From an uncultured Bacillota bacterium (GTDB lineage: Bacteria > Bacillota > Clostridia > Peptostreptococcales > Anaerovoracaceae), in assembly GCA_946546075.1 (NCBI GenBank), contig CAMNNV010000001.1, positions 1-47,555 on the forward strand: a DNA stretch of 47,555 bases, written 5' to 3'. This document shows positions 17,600 to 27,080 of this stretch, piece after piece (the first letter of the stretch is position 1; every line of letters starts with the position of its first letter). Position numbers and translations under genes: made by a program. The notes under the pieces are model-generated. The model was not told the DNA's origin and ran no database searches. It saw only the letters and a list, made by a program, of their open reading frames with translations.

Positions 17600-18890
17600 C
17601 TTTGAAGAAAGCTACAGAAAAAAGTTGATGTCAGTGGATGAGTTCCTTGCCACCATAAAGAGCGGTGACAGGATATTCGCAGGGCTCTACAACACGGAGC
17701 CAAAGGCCATCATGAAGCGGATGCATGAGATCGTGGGGCGCGTCAAAGACGTGGACCTTTGGATGACCAACGATATGGGAGATTATCCGATCATCAGTAT
17801 GGAGGGTACGGAAGGCAGCGTGAACCTGAGGTCCGGCTTCATCGGCAGAAATTTCAGGAAGGCTGCAGCCTTCAAACATATCGACTACATCCCGAACGAT
17901 CTTCACAGGACCATCGAGCTCATCAACAGCTACAGACCGCTCACGGTCTATATCGGGACAGCGGCACCAATGAACGAGGAAGGGTATCTTTCCCTGGGAC
18001 CTTCCGCGCAGCTTGAAGTGGATGCCATCAAGAGCGCCGACAGGGTGGTGCTCGAAGTCAACAAAAACAATCCTTTCACATACGGCGACACGCTCATCCA
18101 TATCGACGAGGTGACGGCTGTCGTGGAAAGCGATGAGGCGAATTACACCATGCCGGAGATCGGATACAGCAAAGAAGACGAGATCATCGGCGGATACGTT
18201 GCATCTCTCATCAAGGACGGCGACTGCATCCAGCTGGGTCTTGGCGGTACACCGACAGCCATCGGCAAAGCCCTCACGGACAAGCACGACCTGGGAGCAC
18301 ACACAGAGCTCTTCGGCGACACCATGATGGAACTTGCCAAGCTGGGCGTGCTGAACGGCAGCAAAAAGAACATCAATACGGGCAAAGTCTCCACGGCCTT
18401 CTGCTGGGGTTCCGAAGACCTCTACGATTTCATCGATCACAACGAGGATGTGGAAATAAAGACATCCTCCTACATCAATGACCCATTCGTCATCGCGCAG
18501 AACGACAACATGGTGTCCATCAATGCCGCCATCGGCGTAGATCTCACCGGCCAGATCTGCAGCGAGACGATCGGTACGAAGCAGTACAGCGGTTCCGGCG
18601 GAGCGATGGATTTCGCATACGGCGCGCTTCATTCAAAGGGCGGACGTGGCATTATCGCCCTCCATTCCTCTGCAAAAGGCGGGCAGATCTCAAAGATCAG
18701 CGCCATGCTTTCGCAGGGTTCTGCCGTTACGATCCCAAGGAGCCTCGTCGACCACGTCGTCACAGAGTACGGCATCGCAAGGCTGAGAGGAAGATCGCTC
18801 AGCGAGAGAGCGAAGGAGCTGATCGCCATAGCACACCCGAATTTCAGAGAGGAGCTTACTGCTCAGGCAAAAGAAATCGGTCTTTTATAG
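17592..18890 (+). CDS. Acetyl-CoA hydrolase/transferase family CoA-transferase (4-hydroxybutyrate/butyrate CoA-transferase-like)
   Basis: CIQLGLGGTP, HTELFGD, SINAAIGVDLTGQI, SGSGGAMDF, VVTEYGIA, LIAIAHPNFR. Confidence 0.88.
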   Translation: MSNFEESYRKKLMSVDEFLATIKSGDRIFAGLYNTEPKAIMKRMHEIVGRVKDVDLWMTNDMGDYPIISMEGTEGSVNLRSGFIGRNFRKAAAFKHIDYIPNDLHRTIELINSYRPLTVYIGTAAPMNEEGYLSLGPSAQLEVDAIKSADRVVLEVNKNNPFTYGDTLIHIDEVTAVVESDEANYTMPEIGYSKEDEIIGGYVASLIKDGDCIQLGLGGTPTAIGKALTDKHDLGAHTELFGDTMMELAKLGVLNGSKKNINTGKVSTAFCWGSEDLYDFIDHNEDVEIKTSSYINDPFVIAQNDNMVSINAAIGVDLTGQICSETIGTKQYSGSGGAMDFAYGALHSKGGRGIIALHSSAKGGQISKISAMLSQGSAVTIPRSLVDHVVTEYGIARLRGRSLSERAKELIAIAHPNFREELTAQAKEIGLL

Positions 18891-18993
18891 CAAATAAAGG
18901 CTATGGGGCAGGTGGACTACAGCCGTTAGTTGTGTTATCATATTGCAGTATCGGGCCTTGCGCCCAATTATATAGACATAGGAGAAACGTGAA

Positions 18994-20388
18994 ATGAGCA
19001 CAGTAGACATAAGGAGTCTCTTCAGAGAGTCCGAGAAATTCGCAGACAGCGAGATCACAGTCGAAGGATGGGTCAGGACAAACAGAGGATCCAACAAGTT
19101 CGGATTTATCGAACTCAATGACGGAACATTCTTCAAATCTGTACAGGTAGTATATGAGAAGGAATTCCTGGATAACTTCGATGAGATCTCCAAGGCACCA
19201 ATTTCAGCAGCACTCAAGGTAGTGGGAAACTTCGTCCTCACACCGGAGGCTAAGCAGCCTTTTGAGATCAAAGCATCATCCATCGAGATCCTGGCTGATT
19301 CTGAGTCAGATTACCCTCTTCAGAAGAAGAGACACAGCATGGAATTCCTGAGAGAGATCGCACACCTCAGACCAAGGAGCAACACGTTCTCAGCCGTTTT
19401 CAGAGTCAGATCTCTGGTGGCATATGCGATCCACAGATTCTTCCAGGAAAACGACTTCGTATACGTACATACACCAATCATCACTGCAAGTGATGCAGAG
19501 GGTGCCGGCGAGATGTTCCAGGTTACGACACTGGATCTCGAGAACCTCCCGAAGGGCGAGAATGGTAACGTAGATTACACCGGTGACTTCTTTGGGAAGA
19601 AGACGAGCCTTACGGTAAGCGGACAGCTGGAAGCGGAGATCTTCGCTCTGGCATTCAAGAACGTTTACACTTTCGGACCTACGTTCAGAGCTGAGAATTC
19701 CAATACAGCAAGACATGCATCCGAGTTCTGGATGATCGAGCCTGAGATGGCATTCTGTGATCTCAAGCAGGATATGGATGTGGCAGAGGCCATGATCAAG
19801 TACATCATCAACTACGTTCTGGAGAATGCTCCGGAAGAGATGGAATTCTTCAACAAGTTCATCGATAAGGGCATCCTGGACAGACTGCACAACATCGTGA
19901 ATTCCGACTTCGAAAGGATCACATACACAGAGGCAGTGGAACTTCTCCAGAAATCAGGAGCAGAGTTCCAGTATCCTGTGGAATGGGGCATCGACCTTCA
20001 GACGGAGCACGAAAGATACATTACGGAGCAGATCTTCAAGAAGCCTGTCTTCGTAACAGATTATCCGAAGGAGATCAAGGCATTCTACATGCGCCTGAAT
20101 GACGACGGCAAGACGGTAGCAGCTGCAGACCTCCTCGTACCTGGCGTGGGCGAGATCATCGGAGGAAGCCAGAGAGAAGAACGCTACGACCTCCTGAAGG
20201 AGAGGATCGAAGCAGACGGAATGGATCTTGAGAACTACTGGTGGTACATGGATCTGAGAAAGTACGGCGGCGTCAAGCATGCCGGATTCGGACTCGGATT
20301 CGAGAGGATCATCATGTACATCACCGGCATGGGCAACATCAGAGACGTCCTGCCGTTCCCGAGAACACCGAAGACAGCAGATTTCTAA
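18994..20388 (+). CDS. asnS: Asparagine--tRNA ligase
   Basis: [51 protein letters not shown]. Confidence 0.97.
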   Translation: MSTVDIRSLFRESEKFADSEITVEGWVRTNRGSNKFGFIELNDGTFFKSVQVVYEKEFLDNFDEISKAPISAALKVVGNFVLTPEAKQPFEIKASSIEILADSESDYPLQKKRHSMEFLREIAHLRPRSNTFSAVFRVRSLVAYAIHRFFQENDFVYVHTPIITASDAEGAGEMFQVTTLDLENLPKGENGNVDYTGDFFGKKTSLTVSGQLEAEIFALAFKNVYTFGPTFRAENSNTARHASEFWMIEPEMAFCDLKQDMDVAEAMIKYIINYVLENAPEEMEFFNKFIDKGILDRLHNIVNSDFERITYTEAVELLQKSGAEFQYPVEWGIDLQTEHERYITEQIFKKPVFVTDYPKEIKAFYMRLNDDGKTVAAADLLVPGVGEIIGGSQREERYDLLKERIEADGMDLENYWWYMDLRKYGGVKHAGFGLGFERIIMYITGMGNIRDVLPFPRTPKTADF

Positions 20389-20395
20389 AAAACAG

Positions 20396-20428
20396 GGAGC
20401 TGATCACAGTGCGTGACGGCTCCTTTTT
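20396..20428 (+). terminator. Rho-independent terminator after asnS
   Basis: GGAGC..TCAC-loop-GTGA..GCTCC followed by TTTTT. Confidence 0.7.
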
Positions 20429-20475
20429 ATTTGTATAAAAATGGATTTGAGGTATAATAAACACAGGAGGGCGGT

Positions 20476-21678
20476 ATGAAAAAGTTCTTATTGATGATCC
20501 TGTGTTTTTTAGTTGCAGCTGCCATGGCGCCGGAGGCGGGGAGCGTCTTTTTGTCGTACGCTGACGAGACGGAGGCAGCAGCGGATACTTTGGAAGCAGA
20601 GATCCAGGAAACGACGCAGGGAAGCGGCGTAGAGACAGACGTCGCTGATCTACCCCTTTCTGGCACTTCAGAAGAGAGTACGGAGGCGGAAGAAACGCAG
20701 CCCCCTCATGAGCATCAATATATCGGCAAGGTGACAAAAAAGGCTACCTGCAAGAGCAAGGGCGTCATGACGTATACCTGCTCATGCGGTGCGAAGTACA
20801 CGAAGCCGATCCCGCTTGCTGCCCATAAATACAAGAAAAAAGTGCTGAAGAAGGCAAAATGCAAGAAGGCGGGCAAGGCCAGATATAAGTGCACAGTCTG
20901 CGGCAGGAAATACACGAAGAAGATCCCTAAACTGGGGCATAAATACAAGGTCAAAACGCTCAGAAAGGCCACCTGCACCCATAAGGGAAAACTGAAATAC
21001 AAGTGCAAAAGGTGCGGGAAGAAAAAGATAAAGATGGTAAAGAAAAAGGTCCATCATCCGAAGGTGAAGGGCAAAGGATACGTATGCCGCGACTGCGGGG
21101 TGAAGATCAAGAAGCTCAGCAGCTATCAGAAGACGCTGCTTGCCAGAGACAGTGCGGTCCAATGGGCCATCAGTATCGCGGCGGACAACGATTTCCACTA
21201 TGGCGAGAGCAGCTGGTCCCATCACAACGGATGCTATTTTTGCGGGACGAACCAGAGCGAAGGAAATGCGAAGTTCCAAGACGGGGCAGAGCCGGAAGAA
21301 TGTGAGAAGACGTACTGCTGCAATCCGTTCGTAACGGCGGCATTCCGCCACGGTGCAGGGGCGAAGGAAGTGGACTGCAAGGTGAGCAGCAAACGATTCG
21401 GACTTGCAAATGACAGAAATAAAGTTGTCGAATCACCGAGCTGGAAGAAGATCAGTAAGCCGGCCAAGGTGACCAGCCTTGCGCCGGGGGATGTGCTCCT
21501 TGCGCCATCTCATGCGATGCTCTATGCCGGCGGAGGCAAGATCATACATGCAGCACGTCACGATTACGGAGTAAGGGATGACCGTTGGAATGATTCCATC
21601 ATCTATGAGAAGATCAGTGCAGGCAAATGGAATTCCGTCACGAAGATCTACCGGTACATGGGGGAAGGCAAATTCTAA
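20476..21678 (+). CDS. Secreted protein: signal peptide, acidic linker, Lys-rich Cys/His repeats, C-terminal NlpC/P60-like (putative peptidoglycan hydrolase) domain
   Basis: MKK plus hydrophobic N-terminus; 3-4 H..ATC...G...Y.C..CG repeats; YCCNPFVTAAF (DCSxFV-like catalytic Cys region); PGDVLLAPSHAMLYAGGGKIIHAA. Confidence 0.7.
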   Translation: MKKFLLMILCFLVAAAMAPEAGSVFLSYADETEAAADTLEAEIQETTQGSGVETDVADLPLSGTSEESTEAEETQPPHEHQYIGKVTKKATCKSKGVMTYTCSCGAKYTKPIPLAAHKYKKKVLKKAKCKKAGKARYKCTVCGRKYTKKIPKLGHKYKVKTLRKATCTHKGKLKYKCKRCGKKKIKMVKKKVHHPKVKGKGYVCRDCGVKIKKLSSYQKTLLARDSAVQWAISIAADNDFHYGESSWSHHNGCYFCGTNQSEGNAKFQDGAEPEECEKTYCCNPFVTAAFRHGAGAKEVDCKVSSKRFGLANDRNKVVESPSWKKISKPAKVTSLAPGDVLLAPSHAMLYAGGGKIIHAARHDYGVRDDRWNDSIIYEKISAGKWNSVTKIYRYMGEGKF

Positions 21679-21755
21679 AGAAAAATGTAAATAATTACCA
21701 TACGGGGCAAAAGTGTGATATAATCCATTTGTAAGGGCGTCGGAACGGAGCACAG

Positions 21756-23096
21756 ATGAAAAAACCGACGATATTGATATTGATTCTCTGTATGGTGATG
21801 CTTGCAATTCCCGCAGACGTTTCTGCTGCGGCCAAGAAACCGGCGAATGTCTCCATAAGCCGCATAAGCACCGGCAATTCCTGCATGGAAGGGGAAGTCA
21901 CGATCACCTGGAAGAAGACTTCCTGCACAGGTTATGAGATGCAGTATGCGGATAACAGCGGATTTACGAATGCCGTGACTTCTACATTAAAAGGCAGCGG
22001 CAGTACTTCCAGGCAGATCAAGGGACTCGTCCCGGGAAAGCAGTACTGGTTCAGGACCAGGGCATATACAGAAGAAAAGAAGAAAAGAAAGAACGGGAAC
22101 TGGAGTACCGTAAAGAGCATCACAGCACATAAGCACGATGTGAAGCCGGGTGCAGTAGAGGAACCGAAATGCCAGATCCCGGGCACCCAGCAGTATGTAT
22201 GTCCCGCATGCGGGTTCAGCTACAGCGTCAGACTGGAGCCTCTCAGGCACTGTTATATCGACAAGGTGACGAAGGAGGCGGACTGCACCCACACAGGGGA
22301 AAGGTCATTTACCTGTAAATTCTGCGGTGATTCCTATACGGAAGCGATAGCGAAAAACGATACCCACAAACCGAAGAAAAAGGGGAAAAAGACGGTCTGC
22401 AGCCTTTGCGGCAAAACATTAAAGGCTGGCGGCAAGCCTGCCAAGAATCCTGGCAAACCGGCTGAGACGAGCAAAAAAGAAAGCCAGAAGGGGACGGAAG
22501 TCTCGGAAGCAGCGAGCACTGCAGGGCGTGAATCGAAGGAAGACAGGACTGTCAAGGCACGTCAGGCAGCAGTGAAATGGGCGCTCGACATCGCTTCCGA
22601 CAACAGCTTCCATTACGGCAAAAGCAAGTGGGCCCATCACCATGGTTGCTATTTTTGCGGGACGAACCAGAAGAAGGGCAGCGCCAAGAGAAGGGCCGGA
22701 GCATCGGCTTCCGAATGTGCGAAGACCTATTGCTGCAATCCATTCGTCACCGCGGCGTACTGCCACGGAGCCGGGGCGAAAGAGATCTCGTGCAGGTCTG
22801 CTTCAAAGAGGATCAATCTTGCAAACGACAGCAACCGGGCACTTCACAACAGGAAGGCCTTTGTCAGGGTATCCAAGCCAAAGAATATCACAGACCTGAA
22901 ACCGGGAGATATCCTCCTGACCCCGTCCCATGCCATGCTCTATGTGGGGGACGGCAATGTGGCTCACGCAGCGCATCACGATAATGGCAGGAAAGATTCT
23001 TACTGGAACAGTTCGATCAAGAGCGGTCCGATCAGTTCCGTTCAGTGGAAGAGGACTTCGAAGATATACAGGTATATAGGGACGGGTAAATTCTAG
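21756..23096 (+). CDS. Secreted paralogue: signal peptide, FN3-like domain, Cys/His repeats, NlpC/P60-like domain
   Basis: FN3 pattern VTITWKK..GYEMQY..IKGLVPGKQYWFRTRAY..WS. The C-terminal domain closely matches the upstream gene (HHHGCYFCGTNQ, YCCNPFVTAA, PGDILLTPSHAMLY). Its own TGa-TATAAT promoter is at 21716-21724. Confidence 0.7.
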   Translation: MKKPTILILILCMVMLAIPADVSAAAKKPANVSISRISTGNSCMEGEVTITWKKTSCTGYEMQYADNSGFTNAVTSTLKGSGSTSRQIKGLVPGKQYWFRTRAYTEEKKKRKNGNWSTVKSITAHKHDVKPGAVEEPKCQIPGTQQYVCPACGFSYSVRLEPLRHCYIDKVTKEADCTHTGERSFTCKFCGDSYTEAIAKNDTHKPKKKGKKTVCSLCGKTLKAGGKPAKNPGKPAETSKKESQKGTEVSEAASTAGRESKEDRTVKARQAAVKWALDIASDNSFHYGKSKWAHHHGCYFCGTNQKKGSAKRRAGASASECAKTYCCNPFVTAAYCHGAGAKEISCRSASKRINLANDSNRALHNRKAFVRVSKPKNITDLKPGDILLTPSHAMLYVGDGNVAHAAHHDNGRKDSYWNSSIKSGPISSVQWKRTSKIYRYIGTGKF

Positions 23097-23109
23097 AGGA
23101 AGGTAGGAA

Positions 23110-23388
23110 ATGAGCAACAACGAAAGATTTTTTATCAACAAAGAGTGCAAGTATTTCCCATGCCATGAGGTGGAGGATCCGGAAGAATTCAATTGCAAAT
23201 TCTGTTACTGCCCTCTGTATGCGTTAGGCGATGCCTGCGGAGGGGATATGAAGTGGTTCGAATCAGGGGACAGCTTTATCAAAGACTGCAGCAGCTGCAC
23301 CGTTCCGCATCGAAGGGATTCGGCAGACTACATCGACTCGAGATTTGCAGAATTGGCAGAGCTTGCAGCGTCCAATCACCGGGACTGA
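23110..23388 (+). CDS. Cysteine-rich small domain (zf-like) protein
   Basis: NKECKYFPCH, FNCKFCYCPLY, KDCSSCTVPH. Confidence 0.8.
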   Translation: MSNNERFFINKECKYFPCHEVEDPEEFNCKFCYCPLYALGDACGGDMKWFESGDSFIKDCSSCTVPHRRDSADYIDSRFAELAELAASNHRD

Positions 23389-23411
23389 TCATTTAAATAG
23401 TAGTTCTTGAC

Positions 23412-23440
23412 TAAAATCAGGCCTTAGAGGTCTGATTTTA
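23412..23440. terminator. Terminator-like hairpin
   Basis: TAAAATCAGGCCT-tag-AGGTCTGATTTTA. Confidence 0.65.
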
Positions 23441-23441
23441 A

Positions 23442-23470
23442 TTGTAATGGTAAAGATGCGATGATATAAT
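23442..23470 (+). promoter_or_regulatory. sigma-A promoter (extended -10) of the EF-G paralogue
   Basis: TTGTAA-N17-TATAAT with TGa before the -10; AGGAGG SD downstream. Confidence 0.65.
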
Positions 23471-23505
23471 GACCATATATGCGAAAAAAATAGGAGGTCT
23501 TAATA

Positions 23506-25446
23506 ATGAAGGGCTATAAAAACGACAACATCAGAAACATCGCTCTGCTGGGACATGGCGGCGCCGGCAAAACTACCTTCCTTGAGGCTTGTCTGCTGGC
23601 CACTAAGGTAATCAGCAGACTTGGTAAGGTAGAAGACGGAAACACTGTATCAGACTATGACAAGATGGAGATCGAGAAGGGATATTCCATCGGAACATCA
23701 ATCGTTCCGGTTGAGTACAATAAGGTAAAACTCAACTTCGTTGATACACCGGGATTCTTTGATTTCGTAGGAGAGGTAAACTCAGCTCTCAGAGCAGTGG
23801 AAGCTGCTGCTATCCTGGTAGATGCATCATCCGGTATCCAGGTAGGTACAGAGAAGGCTTGGAATTCATGCAAGCAGTTCTCCGTTCCTAGATTCTTCCT
23901 CATCAACAAGATCGACAAAGAGAACGTGAACGTTGATGAAGTTATCGAATCCCTGAAGGATAAGTTCGGTACTTCCGTAGTTACACTGGACGATACAGAT
24001 GCTCTGACAGAAGCTATCGCAGAGACAGATGAGGAACTCATGGAGAAGTTCTTCGAAGGCGAAGAGTTCACACCGGAAGAGTTCAACAACGGACTGTCAA
24101 AGGGTATCGCAGCAGGAGATATCGCACCGATCCTCGTAGTTTCCGCTATGACAGGTGAGGGTATCGAAGATGCTCTGCAGAAGTTCATCGACCTGACACC
24201 GAAACCAGCATCCGTTGAAGCATATGAAGCTAAGAACGATGCAGACGAAGATATCGAGATCACAGTAGACCCTGCAGGTCCTGTTGCAGCTCTCATCTTC
24301 AAGACAATCGCTGACCCGTTCCTGGGCAAGATCTCACTTGCTAAGGTCGTTTCAGGTACACTCAAGGCAGGTCAGGAAGTATACAACACAAGATCAGAAA
24401 AAACTGAGAAGCTCGGATCCATGTTCTTCCTCAGAGGAAAGAACCAGGAAGATGCTCCGGAAGCAGTTGCAGGCGACATCGTAGCACTGGGTAAGCTCCA
24501 GTTCACAAACACAGGAGATACACTCAGCACTAAGGATGCTCCGATCACACTTCCGGGAATCGAATTCCCTTCACCATCCCTCTTCAAGGCTGTTGAACCA
24601 GCTAAGACAGGCGATGACGAGAAGATGGGTTCAGGATTCAGAAAGCTCATGGAAGAAGACCCTTCATTCGTACTTCAGAACAATACAGAAACACATCAGA
24701 CACTCCTCGGCGGACAGGGAGACATCCAGCTGGGCATCATCACTGCTAAGCTCAAGGATAAGTTCGGCGTAGACGTTGTAGAAGTTCCTCAGAAGATCGC
24801 TTACAGAGAAACGATCAAGGGCACTTCCGATGTACAGGGTAAGCATAAGAAACAGTCAGGCGGAGCTGGACAGTACGGTGACGTTTGGATCAAGTTCTCA
24901 CCTTCACAGGAAGAGTTCGAATTCGGCGAAGAGATCTTCGGCGGTTCCGTTCCTAGAAACTACTGGCCTGCAGTTGAGAAGGGCCTGAGAGAATGCATGG
25001 AGAAGGGACCTCTCGCAGGATGCAAGGTAGTTAACGTCAAGGCTATCCTCTACGATGGTTCATACCACGATGTAGACTCCAACGAAATGGCATTCAAGAT
25101 CGCTGCTTCACTGGCATTCAAGAAGGGTATTCCTGAAGCTAAGCCATGTCTGCTGGAGCCGGTAATGAAGATGGAAATCACAGTTCCTGACGATTACATG
25201 GGCGACGTAATGGGCGACATGAACAAGAGAAGAGGTAAGATCCTCGGTATGGAACCTCAGGCAGGCGGCGGACAGAAGCTGATGGCTGAAGCTCCACAGG
25301 CTGAACTCTTCGACTACGCTATCGTTCTCAGATCCATGACACAGGCTAGAGGTAGCTTCACAATGGAATTCGAGAGATACGAAGAAGTACCTGCACAGAT
25401 CGCACAGAAGATCATCGCAGACTACCAGGCTTCACAGGAGAAGTAA
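23506..25446 (+). CDS. Elongation factor G paralogue (EF-G2 / FusA2 type)
   Basis: IRNIALLGHGGAGKTT, DTPG, NKID, AYRETI, HKKQSGGAGQYG, DGSYHDVDS, LLEPVM. G2 reads KGYSI instead of RGITI, and the gene is not in the rpsL-rpsG-fusA-tuf operon. Confidence 0.9.
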   Translation: MKGYKNDNIRNIALLGHGGAGKTTFLEACLLATKVISRLGKVEDGNTVSDYDKMEIEKGYSIGTSIVPVEYNKVKLNFVDTPGFFDFVGEVNSALRAVEAAAILVDASSGIQVGTEKAWNSCKQFSVPRFFLINKIDKENVNVDEVIESLKDKFGTSVVTLDDTDALTEAIAETDEELMEKFFEGEEFTPEEFNNGLSKGIAAGDIAPILVVSAMTGEGIEDALQKFIDLTPKPASVEAYEAKNDADEDIEITVDPAGPVAALIFKTIADPFLGKISLAKVVSGTLKAGQEVYNTRSEKTEKLGSMFFLRGKNQEDAPEAVAGDIVALGKLQFTNTGDTLSTKDAPITLPGIEFPSPSLFKAVEPAKTGDDEKMGSGFRKLMEEDPSFVLQNNTETHQTLLGGQGDIQLGIITAKLKDKFGVDVVEVPQKIAYRETIKGTSDVQGKHKKQSGGAGQYGDVWIKFSPSQEEFEFGEEIFGGSVPRNYWPAVEKGLRECMEKGPLAGCKVVNVKAILYDGSYHDVDSNEMAFKIAASLAFKKGIPEAKPCLLEPVMKMEITVPDDYMGDVMGDMNKRRGKILGMEPQAGGGQKLMAEAPQAELFDYAIVLRSMTQARGSFTMEFERYEEVPAQIAQKIIADYQASQEK

Positions 25447-25470
25447 GAAACATAATATATGTTTAAACAG

Positions 25471-25504
25471 CTGCCGTATCAGAAAACTGATGCGGCAGTT
25501 TTTT
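25471..25504 (+). terminator. Rho-independent terminator
   Basis: CTGCCGTATCAG-aaaa-CTGATGCGGCAG followed by TTTTTT. Confidence 0.88.
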
Positions 25505-25505
25505 C

Positions 25506-25554
25506 TTGACATTTTTTGTTAATTAATGTATCCTTATAAAAGAACAAATGTTTG
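25506..25554 (+). promoter_or_regulatory. radA promoter with a putative LexA (SOS) box
   Basis: TTGACA-N17-TATCCT (25506-25534), then aGAACaaatGTTTg (25541-25554), matching the Bacillota GAAC-N4-GTTY LexA site. Confidence 0.6.
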
Positions 25555-25578
25555 CTTACATTTCGAGGGATTGGATAT

Positions 25579-27012
25579 ATGGCGAAGAAGACAGCTAAAA
25601 CAGTATTCGTATGTCAGGAGTGCGGCAATGAGAGCCCGAAGTGGGTGGGCCGCTGCATTTGCGGTGCCTGGAACTCCATGGTGGAGGAGAAGGTGCTCCC
25701 GATCGATACGGACGATAAGAGAAGAAGGACATCGGCACGAGATGATAATACAGGTCTCAGAAGGACCGGCAAACCGCGCAGACTGAATGAAGTCCGCTCG
25801 GGAGAGACGGAGAGGATCGATACAGGGATCGGAGAACTCAACCGCGTTCTCGGGGGAGGTCTCGTGAGGGGATCGCTGACCCTCATTTCGGGAGAGCCCG
25901 GCATCGGTAAATCCACCATCATCATCCAGGCAGCATCGCATATCGCGAAGACACACGGCACGGTTTTGTACGTATCAGGAGAAGAATCCGAAGAGCAGAT
26001 CAGGATGAGGGCAGACCGGGTTTGTGAAGGACTGCCGGACACCCTTTACATACTGGCGGAGACGAACATGGAGAGCGTGGCAGAAGTCTGCAGGCAGCTC
26101 AAACCTGCTTTTCTGATCATCGACTCCATCCAGACGATGTATACGGAGGAACTGGACTCTGCACCGGGCAGCGTCTCACAGGTGAGATCCTGCGGCAACG
26201 AGCTGATGCGCATCGGCAAGACAGAGGATATCCCGATCTTTATCGTAGCTCACGTCACCAAGAGCGGGGAGCTGGCAGGACCGAGGATCGTAGAGCACAT
26301 GGTGGACTGCGTCCTCAGTTTCACGGGGGACAGGAGCCACGAGATGAGGATCCTCCGCGCTCAGAAGAACCGATTCGGGACCACCAGCGAGATCGGTGCC
26401 TTTGAGATGGGAGAGTCCGGTCTCATGCAGATCGAGAACCTGTCGGGCACGCTCATGGAGGAGATGGACGCCGGTAACGAAGGCGATATCGTGACGGCAG
26501 TCTATGAGGGGACAAGGCCGCTGGTGCTGGAAGTGCAGGCTCTGACCTCGAATGCCGGTGCGGGATTTCCTCGCAGGACTTCCATCGGCATCGACAATGC
26601 CAGATTGAACATGATCATCGCCGTGCTGGAGAAGAAGGCGGGCATCGATCTGTCCAGCCAGGACATCTACGTCAACATCGTAGGGGGAGTCAGGCCGGAA
26701 GGCACGTATACGGATCTGGCCATCGCCATGGCGATCTATTCCTCTGCTACGGGCAAAATCTTGTCCAGCGATACACTTGTGGTGGGCGAGATCGGCCTCA
26801 CGGGAGACCTGCGCGCGATACAGAACAGCGAGAAGATTTTGCGTGAGGCGGCGCACCTGGGATTTGGCAAGGTGGTGCTCCCGGTACGAAATGCGGAGAG
26901 ACTCAAGAAGGCGCTCCAGGAGATCAATGCGGAGCGAAACAGGAACGGGCAGCCGATACTCAAACTGCTGTCCATGAAGAATATAAGCGGTATCAGGAAA
27001 TTATTCGGATAA
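25579..27012 (+). CDS. radA: DNA repair protein RadA/Sms
   Basis: FVCQECG..SPKW.GRC, GEPGIGKST, YVSGEES, IDSIQT, KNRFG, GEIGLTG; ATG 25579 follows a GAGGG SD. Confidence 0.95.
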   Translation: MAKKTAKTVFVCQECGNESPKWVGRCICGAWNSMVEEKVLPIDTDDKRRRTSARDDNTGLRRTGKPRRLNEVRSGETERIDTGIGELNRVLGGGLVRGSLTLISGEPGIGKSTIIIQAASHIAKTHGTVLYVSGEESEEQIRMRADRVCEGLPDTLYILAETNMESVAEVCRQLKPAFLIIDSIQTMYTEELDSAPGSVSQVRSCGNELMRIGKTEDIPIFIVAHVTKSGELAGPRIVEHMVDCVLSFTGDRSHEMRILRAQKNRFGTTSEIGAFEMGESGLMQIENLSGTLMEEMDAGNEGDIVTAVYEGTRPLVLEVQALTSNAGAGFPRRTSIGIDNARLNMIIAVLEKKAGIDLSSQDIYVNIVGGVRPEGTYTDLAIAMAIYSSATGKILSSDTLVVGEIGLTGDLRAIQNSEKILREAAHLGFGKVVLPVRNAERLKKALQEINAERNRNGQPILKLLSMKNISGIRKLFG

Positions 27013-27025
27013 AGCGAGATCTGAT

Positions 27026-27056
27026 AAGCCCCGAAGCGTGCATGCTCCGGGGCTTT
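27026..27056. terminator. Bidirectional terminator between radA and the convergent PHP gene
   Basis: AAGCCCCG...CGGGGCTTT stem. Confidence 0.7.
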
Positions 27057-27080
27057 GCTGTGTGCGTTCGTCTATATTGT

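Noticed and set aside
18891-18993. T-box riboswitch ahead of asnS (also checked ahead of proS)
   Set aside because: The leader is too short, and there is no T-box consensus (GGTGGNACCGCG) or terminator/antiterminator. proS follows ispDF after only 16 nt.
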